Virus record (IMG/VR): IMGVR_UViG_3300033565_000085
Span: 1-41,622 of that record
Reading direction: 5' to 3' (one strand)
Source: a virus
Taxonomy: Duplodnaviria > Caudoviricetes
DNA: 41,622 nucleotides
The notes under the pieces were generated by a model. That model had not been told where the DNA came from. It ran no database searches and saw nothing but the letters and a program-made list of their open reading frames with translations. The translations under genes were made by a program, and so were the position numbers. Positions within the stretch are counted from its first letter, which is position 1; each line of letters begins with the position of its first letter. This document shows positions 14,766 through 23,367 of this stretch, piece after piece.

Positions 14766-15094
14766 CGACGTGGAAATCACCGGTGCCGTTGGGAGTCGGC
14801 GCGTCGACGAAGGTGTTCCGGCCAGGGCGCGACCTCCGGCGCATCGCCGATGTGATTTGCCAACGCGCGTGGCGGCAGGGGCCTGGCGTGCGGGTGTTCC
14901 GCTGGCCGTGCGGAACCGTGGCGGTAGTCCGGGTGGGATCCGCGGGCGACGCTATCCTATTGAGCGAATGTGGGGGCTTGCACCTTGCGACGTACGCGCG
15001 CCAGCGCATTCTGCGCGGTAGCGACGTGGAGGTCGGCCCAACATTGGTCGACGTGCTGCACGATCTGCATTGGGCGGAGGCGCATCGCCCATGA
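14762..15094 (+). CDS. hypothetical phage protein
   Basis: GTG start; ATGA overlap with primase. Confidence 0.55.
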   Translation: MTTWKSPVPLGVGASTKVFRPGRDLRRIADVICQRAWRQGPGVRVFRWPCGTVAVVRVGSAGDAILLSECGGLHLATYARQRILRGSDVEVGPTLVDVLHDLHWAEAHRP

Positions 15095-16131
15095 TCAACA
15101 TCGAGCAGATAGTCGCGCGGGTCGATTTGGTCGAGGTGGTGGAACGCCATGGCGTGAAACTGGCGAAGGCCGGCAAGGAACTGGTGGGGCTGTGCCCGTT
15201 CCACAGCGAGCGCACGCCGTCGTTCAACGTGGTGCCGGCGAAGGGCTTCGTGCATTGCTTCGGCTGTGGCGCGCACTATGACGTGATCGGGTTCGTGATG
15301 GCGATGGATGGCGTGGATTTCATCACCGCCTGCCATCAGTTGGGTGGCCATGACATCGGCATGACGGCGCGCCGCGCGGTGCTGAGTGCGCCGCGGCGGC
15401 TGGACCGCCCGCGCGATGAGCTGTGGATTCCGATCTGCCCGGTACCGGACGATGCGCCGCGCTGGGTGCCCGGCGTGAAGGGCAAAGTGTGGAACCTCAA
15501 GCGCGACCGCTGGTGGGAGGGATTGGCGCCCACGCGCGCCGATGCGTACCGCGACCCGGACGGCGCGCTGCTGGGCTACGTGCTGCGGGTGGACATGCCG
15601 GACGGCAAGATCACGCCGGCGGTCACCTGGTGCATCGGGCCGCGTGGCGAGGCGCGCTGGTGCCTGCAGCCGTTCCCCGATCCGCGTCCGCTGTTCGGCT
15701 TGGATGCGCTTGCCGCAAAACCTGACGCGCCGGTGCTGATGGTGGAGGGCGAAAAGTGCGCGACGGTCGGTGCTGGCGCACTGCCCATGTATGCCGTGAC
15801 CACTTGGATGGGCGGGAGCCACGGCGTGAAACACACGGATTTCAGCCCGCTGGAAGGCCGCGACGTGGTGCTGTGGCCGGACGCGCTGGATGGCGTGGGC
15901 GCGATGCTGGGCTACATCGACGGCAGCGGGCTGCTGCATGAGGGCGTGGCGCAGCTGGCGTATACAGCCGGGGTGCGCAGCTTGCGGGTGATCGACACCG
16001 CCGGCATGCCCAAGGGTTGGGACATTGCCGACGCGGTAGCGGACGGCTGGACGGCCAAACAGATAGCGCTGTGGGCGAGGTCGCGAGTGAAGGCGGTGGA
16101 AGTTGCGGAAACGCGGCGGGTGATGGCATGA
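15091..16131 (+). CDS. DNA primase (CHC2 zinc finger plus Toprim)
   Basis: GLCPFHSERTPSF...HCFGCG; VLMVEGEKC; VVLWPDA; PKGWDIAD. Confidence 0.9.
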   Translation: MINIEQIVARVDLVEVVERHGVKLAKAGKELVGLCPFHSERTPSFNVVPAKGFVHCFGCGAHYDVIGFVMAMDGVDFITACHQLGGHDIGMTARRAVLSAPRRLDRPRDELWIPICPVPDDAPRWVPGVKGKVWNLKRDRWWEGLAPTRADAYRDPDGALLGYVLRVDMPDGKITPAVTWCIGPRGEARWCLQPFPDPRPLFGLDALAAKPDAPVLMVEGEKCATVGAGALPMYAVTTWMGGSHGVKHTDFSPLEGRDVVLWPDALDGVGAMLGYIDGSGLLHEGVAQLAYTAGVRSLRVIDTAGMPKGWDIADAVADGWTAKQIALWARSRVKAVEVAETRRVMA

Positions 16132-16583
16132 CTTTATCCGTCATATCGGTTGGCCTGCGCGAAGCGAACGATTTCGTTCGGTCGTTCCATCGGCACAACA
16201 AGCCGACCGTAGGGCATGTGTTCTCACTTGGGGTGAGCGATGGCGTGGAGCTGGTTGGCGTTGCGATCTGCGGACGTCCGGTGGCACGCGGACTGGATGA
16301 CGGGCAGACGTTGGAATTGACGCGCTGCTGCGTTCGCGATGGAGCCCCGAAGGGGACATGTTCGTTTTTGTATTCGAGGGCATGGCGCGCTGCCCGTGCA
16401 CTTGGCTGGGCGCGGCTGATGACATACACGCTGCAAGCCGAAGGTGGTGCTTCGTTGCGTGGTGCTGGCTGGCGGATGGTTGGCGTGGTTCCGGCGCGCT
16501 GCCCGAATGATTGGCAGTCCCGAGCGGGCCGCGATTGGCAGGCGGTAGTCGGTCAAGCGAAATTCCGATGGGTGGCCGCATGA
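16128..16583 (+). CDS. XF1762 / Mom-like GNAT-fold protein, putative DNA modification
   Basis: EANDFVRSFHRH, LVGVAICGRPVAR, LELTRCC, CSFLYSRAWRAA, TYTLQAEGGASLRGAGW. Confidence 0.78.
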   Translation: MTLSVISVGLREANDFVRSFHRHNKPTVGHVFSLGVSDGVELVGVAICGRPVARGLDDGQTLELTRCCVRDGAPKGTCSFLYSRAWRAARALGWARLMTYTLQAEGGASLRGAGWRMVGVVPARCPNDWQSRAGRDWQAVVGQAKFRWVAA

Positions 16584-17977
16584 CCGACCCGCAAAAGGTG
16601 GTCGTGCCCATCGGCCAGCGGCAGCAAAAGCGCGGTGGGGGCAATGGTGGCCGTGGTCGCGGCGGCGGCGGCGGCGGGCATAGCGCCCCGGGCGACTGGT
16701 CGAATGACCTGACGCGTACGCAGACGGGCAAGCCGGAGTCCACCACGCACAACACGCTGCTGGTGATGGAGCACGATCCGGCGCTCGAGGGGCTGTTCAG
16801 CCTGGACGAATTCAACAACATCGTGCGGCTCACGCGCGATCCGGTGTGGGCGGGTGGCGAGCGTGACGAGTTCACTGACCAGGACGGCACCGAGCTGGCT
16901 GGCTGGTTGGGCAGCCCCTTGCGGTACACGCTGAGCGTGAAGCGCGACATGGTGATGGACTGCGTCGAGGCGATGGCCCGGCGCAGCAAGGTGCATCCGG
17001 TGAGGGAGTACCTGACCGAACTGCAATGGGATGGTATACCGCGCATCGACGCGATGTTTCCCACGCTGTTCTCGACGGTCGATACGCCATACACGCGCCA
17101 GGCGGCGCGCTGTTTCATGGTGAGCGCAGTGGCGCGCATCTTGTGGCGCGACCCGAAGGTGCGTCACAACGGCGCTCAGGTGGACTTCATGCTGGTGCTG
17201 GAGGGCGAGCAGGGTCGCGGCAAGACGTCGGCGGTGCGAGAGTTGTTCGGTGCCGAGTGGTACGCGGAGTCAATGGAATCGCCCAGCGGAAAAGACTTCT
17301 ACCAGAGCCTGCGGGGGCGCTGGTGCGTCGAGATCGGCGAGATGGACAGCTTCACGAAGGCCGACGTGACAAAGGTCAAGCAGGCCATTACGTCGCGCTT
17401 CGACACCTACCGGCCAAGCTACGGGCGCGTGGCACGATCGTTCCGGCGCGAATGTGTGTTCGTCGGCACAACCAATGAGCACGAATACCTGCGCGACGCG
17501 AGCGGCGGCCGGCGCTTCCTGCCGGTCGTGGTGGATCACGTCGACATCGCCGGCATCACTGCGCAGCGCGACCAATTGTGGGCAGAGGCGGTGAAGCTGT
17601 TCCGTGATGGTTACCCGTGGTGGCAGTTGCCAGACGATGCCGTGGAACAGCAAGAGGAACGGTTCGCCGAGGACAGCTGGCAAGGCATCATCCAGCGCTG
17701 GTTGGCCGGCAAGATGATGGATAGCGCTTACCCCTCGCGCATCGCGCTAGCGGGCAACGACACGCCTGTGACGTGGGTGACCACCGCCGAGCTTCTGACC
17801 TGGGCGCTCAACATCGACGTGGGCAAACATGGCAAGCCCGAGCAGATGCGCGTGGCCGCCATCATGCGCCGCCTGCGATGGGAGCACGCGCGCGTCATGG
17901 TCAACGGCTACCGCGAACGACGATGGCTGCCGCTGCCGCAGGCTGGCAGTGGGGGAGGTAGCGATGTGCCGTTCTGA
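16580..17977 (+). CDS. VapE-family P-loop helicase
   Basis: HPVREYL..LQWDG, Walker A GEQGRGKTS, VEIGEM, YRPSYGR, FVGTTN, GGRRFLPV, RDQLWAEA. Confidence 0.9.
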   Translation: MTDPQKVVVPIGQRQQKRGGGNGGRGRGGGGGGHSAPGDWSNDLTRTQTGKPESTTHNTLLVMEHDPALEGLFSLDEFNNIVRLTRDPVWAGGERDEFTDQDGTELAGWLGSPLRYTLSVKRDMVMDCVEAMARRSKVHPVREYLTELQWDGIPRIDAMFPTLFSTVDTPYTRQAARCFMVSAVARILWRDPKVRHNGAQVDFMLVLEGEQGRGKTSAVRELFGAEWYAESMESPSGKDFYQSLRGRWCVEIGEMDSFTKADVTKVKQAITSRFDTYRPSYGRVARSFRRECVFVGTTNEHEYLRDASGGRRFLPVVVDHVDIAGITAQRDQLWAEAVKLFRDGYPWWQLPDDAVEQQEERFAEDSWQGIIQRWLAGKMMDSAYPSRIALAGNDTPVTWVTTAELLTWALNIDVGKHGKPEQMRVAAIMRRLRWEHARVMVNGYRERRWLPLPQAGSGGGSDVPF

Positions 17978-18007
17978 CGTCCGATGGCGTGGCAGTGCAC
18001 CCGGCAT

Positions 18008-18252
18008 TGCCCAACCTGCCCAACCTCTGCCCAACCTCTGCCCAACCTGCGGAGCGTTGCACCGTATGGGGTTGCCCAACCTGCCCAACCTTTACGGCGT
18101 TCTCGCGCATATAGGCGTGCATCTTGTTGCTGCAGTTCATTCCCTATGTGTGCGTAAACAGGTTGGGCAGGTTGGGCAGGTTGGGCAACGTCAACCACAG
18201 CGCGGTTTCCCGCTGCCCAACCTCATTGGTTACAGGTTGGGAAGGTTGGGCA
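18008..18252. repeat. iteron-like TGCCCAACC repeats, putative replication origin
   Basis: 7 direct copies (18008, 18017, 18028, 18039, 18073, 18082, 18214) and 5 inverted copies (18161, 18170, 18179, 18235 with one mismatch, 18244). Confidence 0.8.
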
Positions 18253-18320
18253 AATGGCTGTCTGATGCGGTTTTCGAGGCATCATCCGAGCCTGAACGCG
18301 AACCTGAACGGAATGGCAAA

Positions 18321-18363
18321 AGGTACTCCCCGGCCTTACGTCATACGGGTCTAAGGGCGCGCA
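18321..18363 (+). other. putative cos site (cosQ/cosN-like)
   Basis: AGGTACT...TACG-GGTCTAAGGGCG-CGCA mirrors lambda GGGTCCT...TACG-GGGCGGCGACCT-CGCG; directly upstream of terS. Confidence 0.5.
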
Positions 18364-18445
18364 AAATCCCGGTAGTGACAGGGTTTGAACTATGGTTCAT
18401 TGCACCCCTTCCCGGTTCATTCGGTCGGTTTAGTGGGGTGCCGGC

Positions 18446-19009
18446 GTGAAGGAACTGAGCCAGACCGAGTATGCGGCGGCACGCGGTGTGTCGCCGGCGT
18501 ACGTGAGCAAGCTCAAGCGGCAGGGCCGGCTGGTGCTGACGCCTGGTGGCAAGGTCAACGTCGAGGCCACCGACCGCTTGGTCGAATCCACGCGCGATCC
18601 GGCCCGCGGCGGCGATCGTCGGCCCGGCGTTGGGGAAGGGCAGGGCGAAGCCACCGGCGCGCACGACGCTGCAGCGGTAGGCGTGCCACGGGCAGCGGGG
18701 CACCAGACGTACAAGGAAGCCGCGCGGCGCGAGCGCATCGCGAAGGCGCGCATTGCGGAACTGGAGTTGGCCACCCTCACCGGCCAACTGGTGCGCAAGC
18801 AGGAAGTCGACGCGGCGATCTTCGGGCTGGCGCGCCAGGCCATGGAAGCGCTGGACGCCCTGGCCGACCGCCTTGCCTCGCAGCTGGCCGCCGAGACCGA
18901 CGTCGCCCGCGTGCACGCGCTGCTGACCGAACACGCGCGCAAGATCCGCGTGGCGATGGTCGGCGCGATGCCGGCGCCGGCCGACAGCCTGCCGGCGGAG
19001 GCCGCTTGA
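18446..19009 (+). CDS. terS: terminase small subunit (Nu1-like)
   Basis: N-terminal HTH LSQTEYAAARGVSPAYVSKL; ARIAELELATLTGQLV coiled region. Confidence 0.82.
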   Translation: MKELSQTEYAAARGVSPAYVSKLKRQGRLVLTPGGKVNVEATDRLVESTRDPARGGDRRPGVGEGQGEATGAHDAAAVGVPRAAGHQTYKEAARRERIAKARIAELELATLTGQLVRKQEVDAAIFGLARQAMEALDALADRLASQLAAETDVARVHALLTEHARKIRVAMVGAMPAPADSLPAEAA

Positions 19010-20988
19010 TGTTCGACACCGACACCCTCGACGTCGAACTGGTGGACGGCGCCGCCGTGGTCGCGGAGAGCTGGCGACGCGGCTGGACCATCCCCGAACC
19101 CATCACGCTGAGCGCCTGGGCTGACCGCTACCGCAAGCTGCCAAAGGAAGGCTCCAGCGAAGCGGGCGACTGGTACACCAGCCGCATGCCGTTCCTGCGC
19201 GAGATCATGGATTGCCTGCACCGGGAATCCACGGTGCGCGAGACCACGATCAAGAAATCCACGCAGGTCGGCGGTACCGAAGTCGGCATCAACTGGCTGG
19301 GCTACATCATCGAGCACGCGCCGGCATCGGTGATGTACGTGCTGCCCACCATCGACACCGCGCGCAAGTTCAGCGAGCAACGCCTGACCCCGGCCATCAA
19401 CCTGATGCCCGTGCTGCGGGCGCGCATCCCGCCCGCGCGCAGCCGAGACAGCGGCAACACCACGCTGATGAAGAAGTTCCCGGGCGGCGTGCTGGTGCTG
19501 AGCGGCGCCAATAGCTCGGCCTCGCTCGCGTCCATGCCGATCATGTACCTGATCCTCGACGAGCTGTCGAAGTACCCCATCGACCTGGACGACCAGGGCG
19601 GCGCCGAACAGCAGGCGTTGCGCCGCACCTCGTCCTACGTGCGCCGGAAGATCCTGCGCATCAGCTCGTCCACGATCAAGGATGCCTGCGCGATCAGCAC
19701 CGCCTACGATGCCGGCGACCAGAGCCGGTACTACGTGCCTTGCCCACACTGTCAGCACAAGCAGGTGCTGGTGATCGACCAGATCACCGACGACGGCCAG
19801 TACCTCTGCATCGGTTGCGGCCAGCTGATCGAAGAACACCACAAGACCCGCATGCTCGAAGGCGGCGAGTGGATCGCCACCTTCCCCGAACGCAGCGCGA
19901 CGCACCGCAGCTTCCACATCTGGTCCGCGTACGCGGCCATCGGCCTCGGCTACACCTGGCATGAAATCGCCGACATGCGCGCCGAAGCGCGCAAAGACCC
20001 CGCCAAGGAAGTGGTATTCGTCAACACCATCCTCGGCGAAGCCTACGAAGGTGCCAGCCAGAAGGTCGAGGCCAACGAACTGCAGCAGCGCGCCGGTAAG
20101 TGGGTGCGCCGCACCGTCCCGCGCGGCGGCTTCATCCTCACCGCCGGCGTCGACGTGCAGGTCAACCGCTTCGCCGTGCAGATCGTCGCCTGGGGCCGCA
20201 ATGAACAGGCCTTCGTCGTCGACTACGTCGAACTGCCGGCTGACCCCACTCGCAAAGAGGATTGGGAAATCCTGTGGGAATTCCTCGACCAGCCCGTCGC
20301 CAACGCCGCCGGCATCACCCTGCACATCAGCGCCGCCGCGGTCGACTCCGGCAACTGGACGCAGGAGGTTTACAACGCCGTGCGCCCGCGGCAGTCGAAA
20401 GGCACCATGGCGATCAAGGGCAGCAAGGATGCGACCAAACCCGTCATCGGTCGCGCCAGCAAACAGGAGGTCGATACCAAAGGGCGGACGCAGCGCCGCG
20501 GCGTCAACCTGTGGATCATCGGCGTCAACTCCGCCAAGAGTACGCTCATGCAGCGCCTGCTCGGCGACACCGACCGCGAGGAAGATGCGCGCCTGATCCA
20601 CTTCCCGGCCGACCTGCCGGACGACTACTACACCATGCTCACCGCCGAACGCTTCGACCTGGCCGCCAAGCGCTGGCTCAAGAAAAAGGGCGCCCGCAAC
20701 GAAGCGCTGGATACCCTGGTCTACGCCTACGCCGCCGCGCTCAGCCCGGCCATCCGCATCCACGTCAAGCGCGAGGCGGACTGGGCGGCGACCGAAGCGA
20801 AGCTGGAGCCGTCCAGCGGCGACCTGTTTACCGCGAGGGCTCACGCCCCGGCGCCGGCCAGCACCACCACGACCGCACCCGCGATAGTACCTGCGGACGT
20901 CCAGACGTCCGCAAGCGATTCACGTGGAACCACGCAACCGCCGCGAGCAAACCCCTTCGCATCCTCAGACTGGCTGTCACGCCGATGA
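19009..20988 (+). CDS. terL: terminase large subunit (lambda GpA family)
   Basis: KSTQVGGTE, LILDEL, GDQSRYYVPCPHC, LTAGVDVQ, VDSG, RNEALDTLVYA. Confidence 0.95.
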   Translation: MFDTDTLDVELVDGAAVVAESWRRGWTIPEPITLSAWADRYRKLPKEGSSEAGDWYTSRMPFLREIMDCLHRESTVRETTIKKSTQVGGTEVGINWLGYIIEHAPASVMYVLPTIDTARKFSEQRLTPAINLMPVLRARIPPARSRDSGNTTLMKKFPGGVLVLSGANSSASLASMPIMYLILDELSKYPIDLDDQGGAEQQALRRTSSYVRRKILRISSSTIKDACAISTAYDAGDQSRYYVPCPHCQHKQVLVIDQITDDGQYLCIGCGQLIEEHHKTRMLEGGEWIATFPERSATHRSFHIWSAYAAIGLGYTWHEIADMRAEARKDPAKEVVFVNTILGEAYEGASQKVEANELQQRAGKWVRRTVPRGGFILTAGVDVQVNRFAVQIVAWGRNEQAFVVDYVELPADPTRKEDWEILWEFLDQPVANAAGITLHISAAAVDSGNWTQEVYNAVRPRQSKGTMAIKGSKDATKPVIGRASKQEVDTKGRTQRRGVNLWIIGVNSAKSTLMQRLLGDTDREEDARLIHFPADLPDDYYTMLTAERFDLAAKRWLKKKGARNEALDTLVYAYAAALSPAIRIHVKREADWAATEAKLEPSSGDLFTARAHAPAPASTTTTAPAIVPADVQTSASDSRGTTQPPRANPFASSDWLSRR

Positions 20989-21269
20989 CCGATTTCGTAC
21001 CCGCCCAGGAACTCGTCTCCGAACTCGCCGTGGCGCTGCAGGAAGCCAAGGGCATCCCGTACGCCGTCGCCGCGGATTTCGCCGAGCCGATCGTGCGGCA
21101 CCTGCAGCAGCAGTACGGTGGCGATGAGCTGTACATCCCGCAGCCCTACATGCGCGTCAACGCGGCCGACCTCGCCGCCGCGCGGGCGCAGCGCACGCCC
21201 CTGGCGGAGATCCTGCGCAAGTTCAACATCAGCCGCCGCACCTACTACCGGTTGCTCAGCCGGCTCTGA
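20985..21269 (+). CDS. Mor/C-family transcription activator (putative late activator)
   Basis: YGGDELYIP motif followed by HTH LAEILRKFNISRRTYYRLL. Confidence 0.78.
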   Translation: MTDFVPAQELVSELAVALQEAKGIPYAVAADFAEPIVRHLQQQYGGDELYIPQPYMRVNAADLAAARAQRTPLAEILRKFNISRRTYYRLLSRL

Positions 21270-21281
21270 GCCGCGGCACGC

Positions 21282-21326
21282 TGTGCCATCCCTCCGGTAA
21301 ACGTGGCACACCATGCCGGCGATTCT
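21282..21326 (+). promoter_or_regulatory. late promoter 1 (head genes)
   Basis: TGTGCCA-tccctccggtaaacg-TGGCACA, 10 nt, GATTCT, 6 nt, ATG. Confidence 0.78.
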
Positions 21327-21332
21327 GGCGTC

Positions 21333-21575
21333 ATGTCCACCGCCACCGACATGCTCGCGAAGTATCTTGCCGCCGAAGCCGCCATCCTCGGCGGGCAGTC
21401 GTATCGGTGGGGTGACCGCCAGCTCACCCGCGCCGACCTGAGCATGGTGCAGGCCGGCCGGCGGGAGTGGGAGCGAAAAGCCGCCGCCGAATCCCGCGGC
21501 GGCAACGCCGGCGTCGCGCTGGCCAACTTCGGCAGTTGCGATACATCGCGCCCATGCTGGGGCCGCAACGCATGA
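21333..21575 (+). CDS. head completion protein (gpW-like)
   Basis: YLAAEAAILGGQSYRWGDRQLTRADL; precedes portal. Confidence 0.75.
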   Translation: MSTATDMLAKYLAAEAAILGGQSYRWGDRQLTRADLSMVQAGRREWERKAAAESRGGNAGVALANFGSCDTSRPCWGRNA

Positions 21576-23065
21576 CCGCGAAGCTGCCCCTGCTCGATCG
21601 CGGCATTCTGGCCTTGTCCCCCGGGTGGGCCGCTCGCCGCGCTCGCGCGCGCTATCAGGTCGCCGCCTACGGCAACGCCTATGAGGCCGTTCACCCCAGC
21701 CGCCTGCGCCGTGGTGCGCGCGACCAGGGCAACGGCAACGCCACCACCGGCCAGTCACAGGCGGCCCTGCGCGACATGGCGCGCCATCTGGATCGCAACC
21801 ACGATCTCAGCCGCGGCATCCTCAACACGCTGGTGCGCAACGTCGTCGGCCCCAACGGCATCGGCGTGCAGCCGCAGCCGCGCGGCCGCGATGGCGAAGT
21901 GTTGCAAGACCTCGCTGCGCAGCTGGACGACCTCTGGCAGCAGTGGAGCCGCCTGCCGGAAGTTACCGGCGAGCTCAACCGCGCGCGCTATGAACAACTG
22001 GTCTGCCGTTCGATGTTCCGCGACGGCGAAAGCCTGTGGCAGTACATCGAGGGCGCCAAGCCGTTCCTCACCCACAACACCGCCGTGCCTTTCAGCCTGG
22101 AACTGATGGAGTGCGACCTGTTGCCGATCGACTACAACGATCCCGGCCGCGGCATCAGCCAGGGCATCGAAGTGGATGCGTGGAACCGGCCACAGGCGTA
22201 CTGGCTTTACAAGACCCATCCGGGCGAACCGCTCAGCGGCCTGTTCCCGGAAATGAAGCGTGTCACCACGGATCGCATCGGCCACATCAAGCTCACCGAC
22301 CGCCTCGGCCAGCGGCGCGGCGTGAGCATGTTCGCCTCCGTGCTAACGCGCCTGGACGACCTCAAGAACTATGAGGAAAGCGAGCGCATCGCGGCGAAGA
22401 TCGCTGCAAGCATGGCCGCCTTCATCAAGAAGGGCGACGCGCAGAGCTACGAGAACCCGGCGCCCGCGCCGCGCGAAATGCACTTCGAGCCCGGCATGGT
22501 GTTCGACTCGCTGGTGCCAGGTGAAGACATCGGCACCATCGACAGCAACCGGCCCAACCCGAACGCCGTCGACTGGCGCGACGGCCAGCTGCGCGCCGTC
22601 GCTGCCGGTGCGGACGTGAGCTACAGCACCGCCAGCAAGAACTACAACGGCACGTACTCCGCGCAGCGGCAAGAGCTGGTAGAGCAGTGGACCGCCTACA
22701 GCGTATGCAGCCAGGCCTTCATCGACCAATGCACCAGCGAGGTCTACAGCCGCTTCGTCGCCGCGTGCATCGTCGCCGGCTTGGTGCGCGTGCCGCGCGG
22801 CGCCACCTTCATCGGCATCAGCCACGCCATCTACATGCCGCCGGTTATGCCATGGATCAAGCCGACCGATGAAGTGCTGGCGGACCAGATGATGGAGGAC
22901 CGCTGCTATCTCAGCGCGTCCGAAATCATCCAACGACGTGGGCGCAACCCTGCCGATGTGCTGCGCGCCCAGGCCAAATGGCAGGCCGACCTCAAAACTG
23001 CGGGTGTTCGCACTCAGGACTCGCCTGCCACTGCCGTCCAGAATTCTGGAGACAACCGATCATGA
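21572..23065 (+). CDS. portal protein, lambda family
   Basis: ARHLDRNHDL, VVGPNGI, GIEVDAWNRPQAYW, QRRGVSMFA, YSAQRQELVE, PVMPWIKP. Confidence 0.93.
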   Translation: MTAKLPLLDRGILALSPGWAARRARARYQVAAYGNAYEAVHPSRLRRGARDQGNGNATTGQSQAALRDMARHLDRNHDLSRGILNTLVRNVVGPNGIGVQPQPRGRDGEVLQDLAAQLDDLWQQWSRLPEVTGELNRARYEQLVCRSMFRDGESLWQYIEGAKPFLTHNTAVPFSLELMECDLLPIDYNDPGRGISQGIEVDAWNRPQAYWLYKTHPGEPLSGLFPEMKRVTTDRIGHIKLTDRLGQRRGVSMFASVLTRLDDLKNYEESERIAAKIAASMAAFIKKGDAQSYENPAPAPREMHFEPGMVFDSLVPGEDIGTIDSNRPNPNAVDWRDGQLRAVAAGADVSYSTASKNYNGTYSAQRQELVEQWTAYSVCSQAFIDQCTSEVYSRFVAACIVAGLVRVPRGATFIGISHAIYMPPVMPWIKPTDEVLADQMMEDRCYLSASEIIQRRGRNPADVLRAQAKWQADLKTAGVRTQDSPATAVQNSGDNRS

Positions 23066-23367
23066 CCACCCGCGTCACCATCCAGATCAGCCACGCTCAC
23101 CAGCCCGTCGAGGTGAAGGTGCTCTCGCGCAACGCGGCCGGCCAGTTCGTGCCCGCGGCGATGCCGCCCACGCGCATCGAGCGCGAGGGCGACGTGGTCA
23201 CCTTCCACGTCCATGGCAATCAGCGCCTGCAGGTGGTCGAAGTGGAACCCGCTGCCGTGGCCACCCCCGTCCCGCCGCCGCTGCCGGACGCATCGGCCGA
23301 CCTCCCCGACGATGACGCCGCGGCAGCGGACGGCGTGGACGCACTCGAGGAACCCGACCGTGCCTAA
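23062..23367 (+). CDS. hypothetical protein between portal and protease
   Basis: GGAG RBS, ATGA overlap with portal. Confidence 0.55.
   Translation: MTTRVTIQISHAHQPVEVKVLSRNAAGQFVPAAMPPTRIEREGDVVTFHVHGNQRLQVVEVEPAAVATPVPPPLPDASADLPDDDAAAADGVDALEEPDRA

Noticed and set aside
18008-18252. CRISPR array or coding repeats (ORFs with LPNL/QVG repeats)
   Set aside because: Units are 9 bp, in both orientations, without unique spacers, and there are no cas genes; the ORFs are by-products of the iterons.
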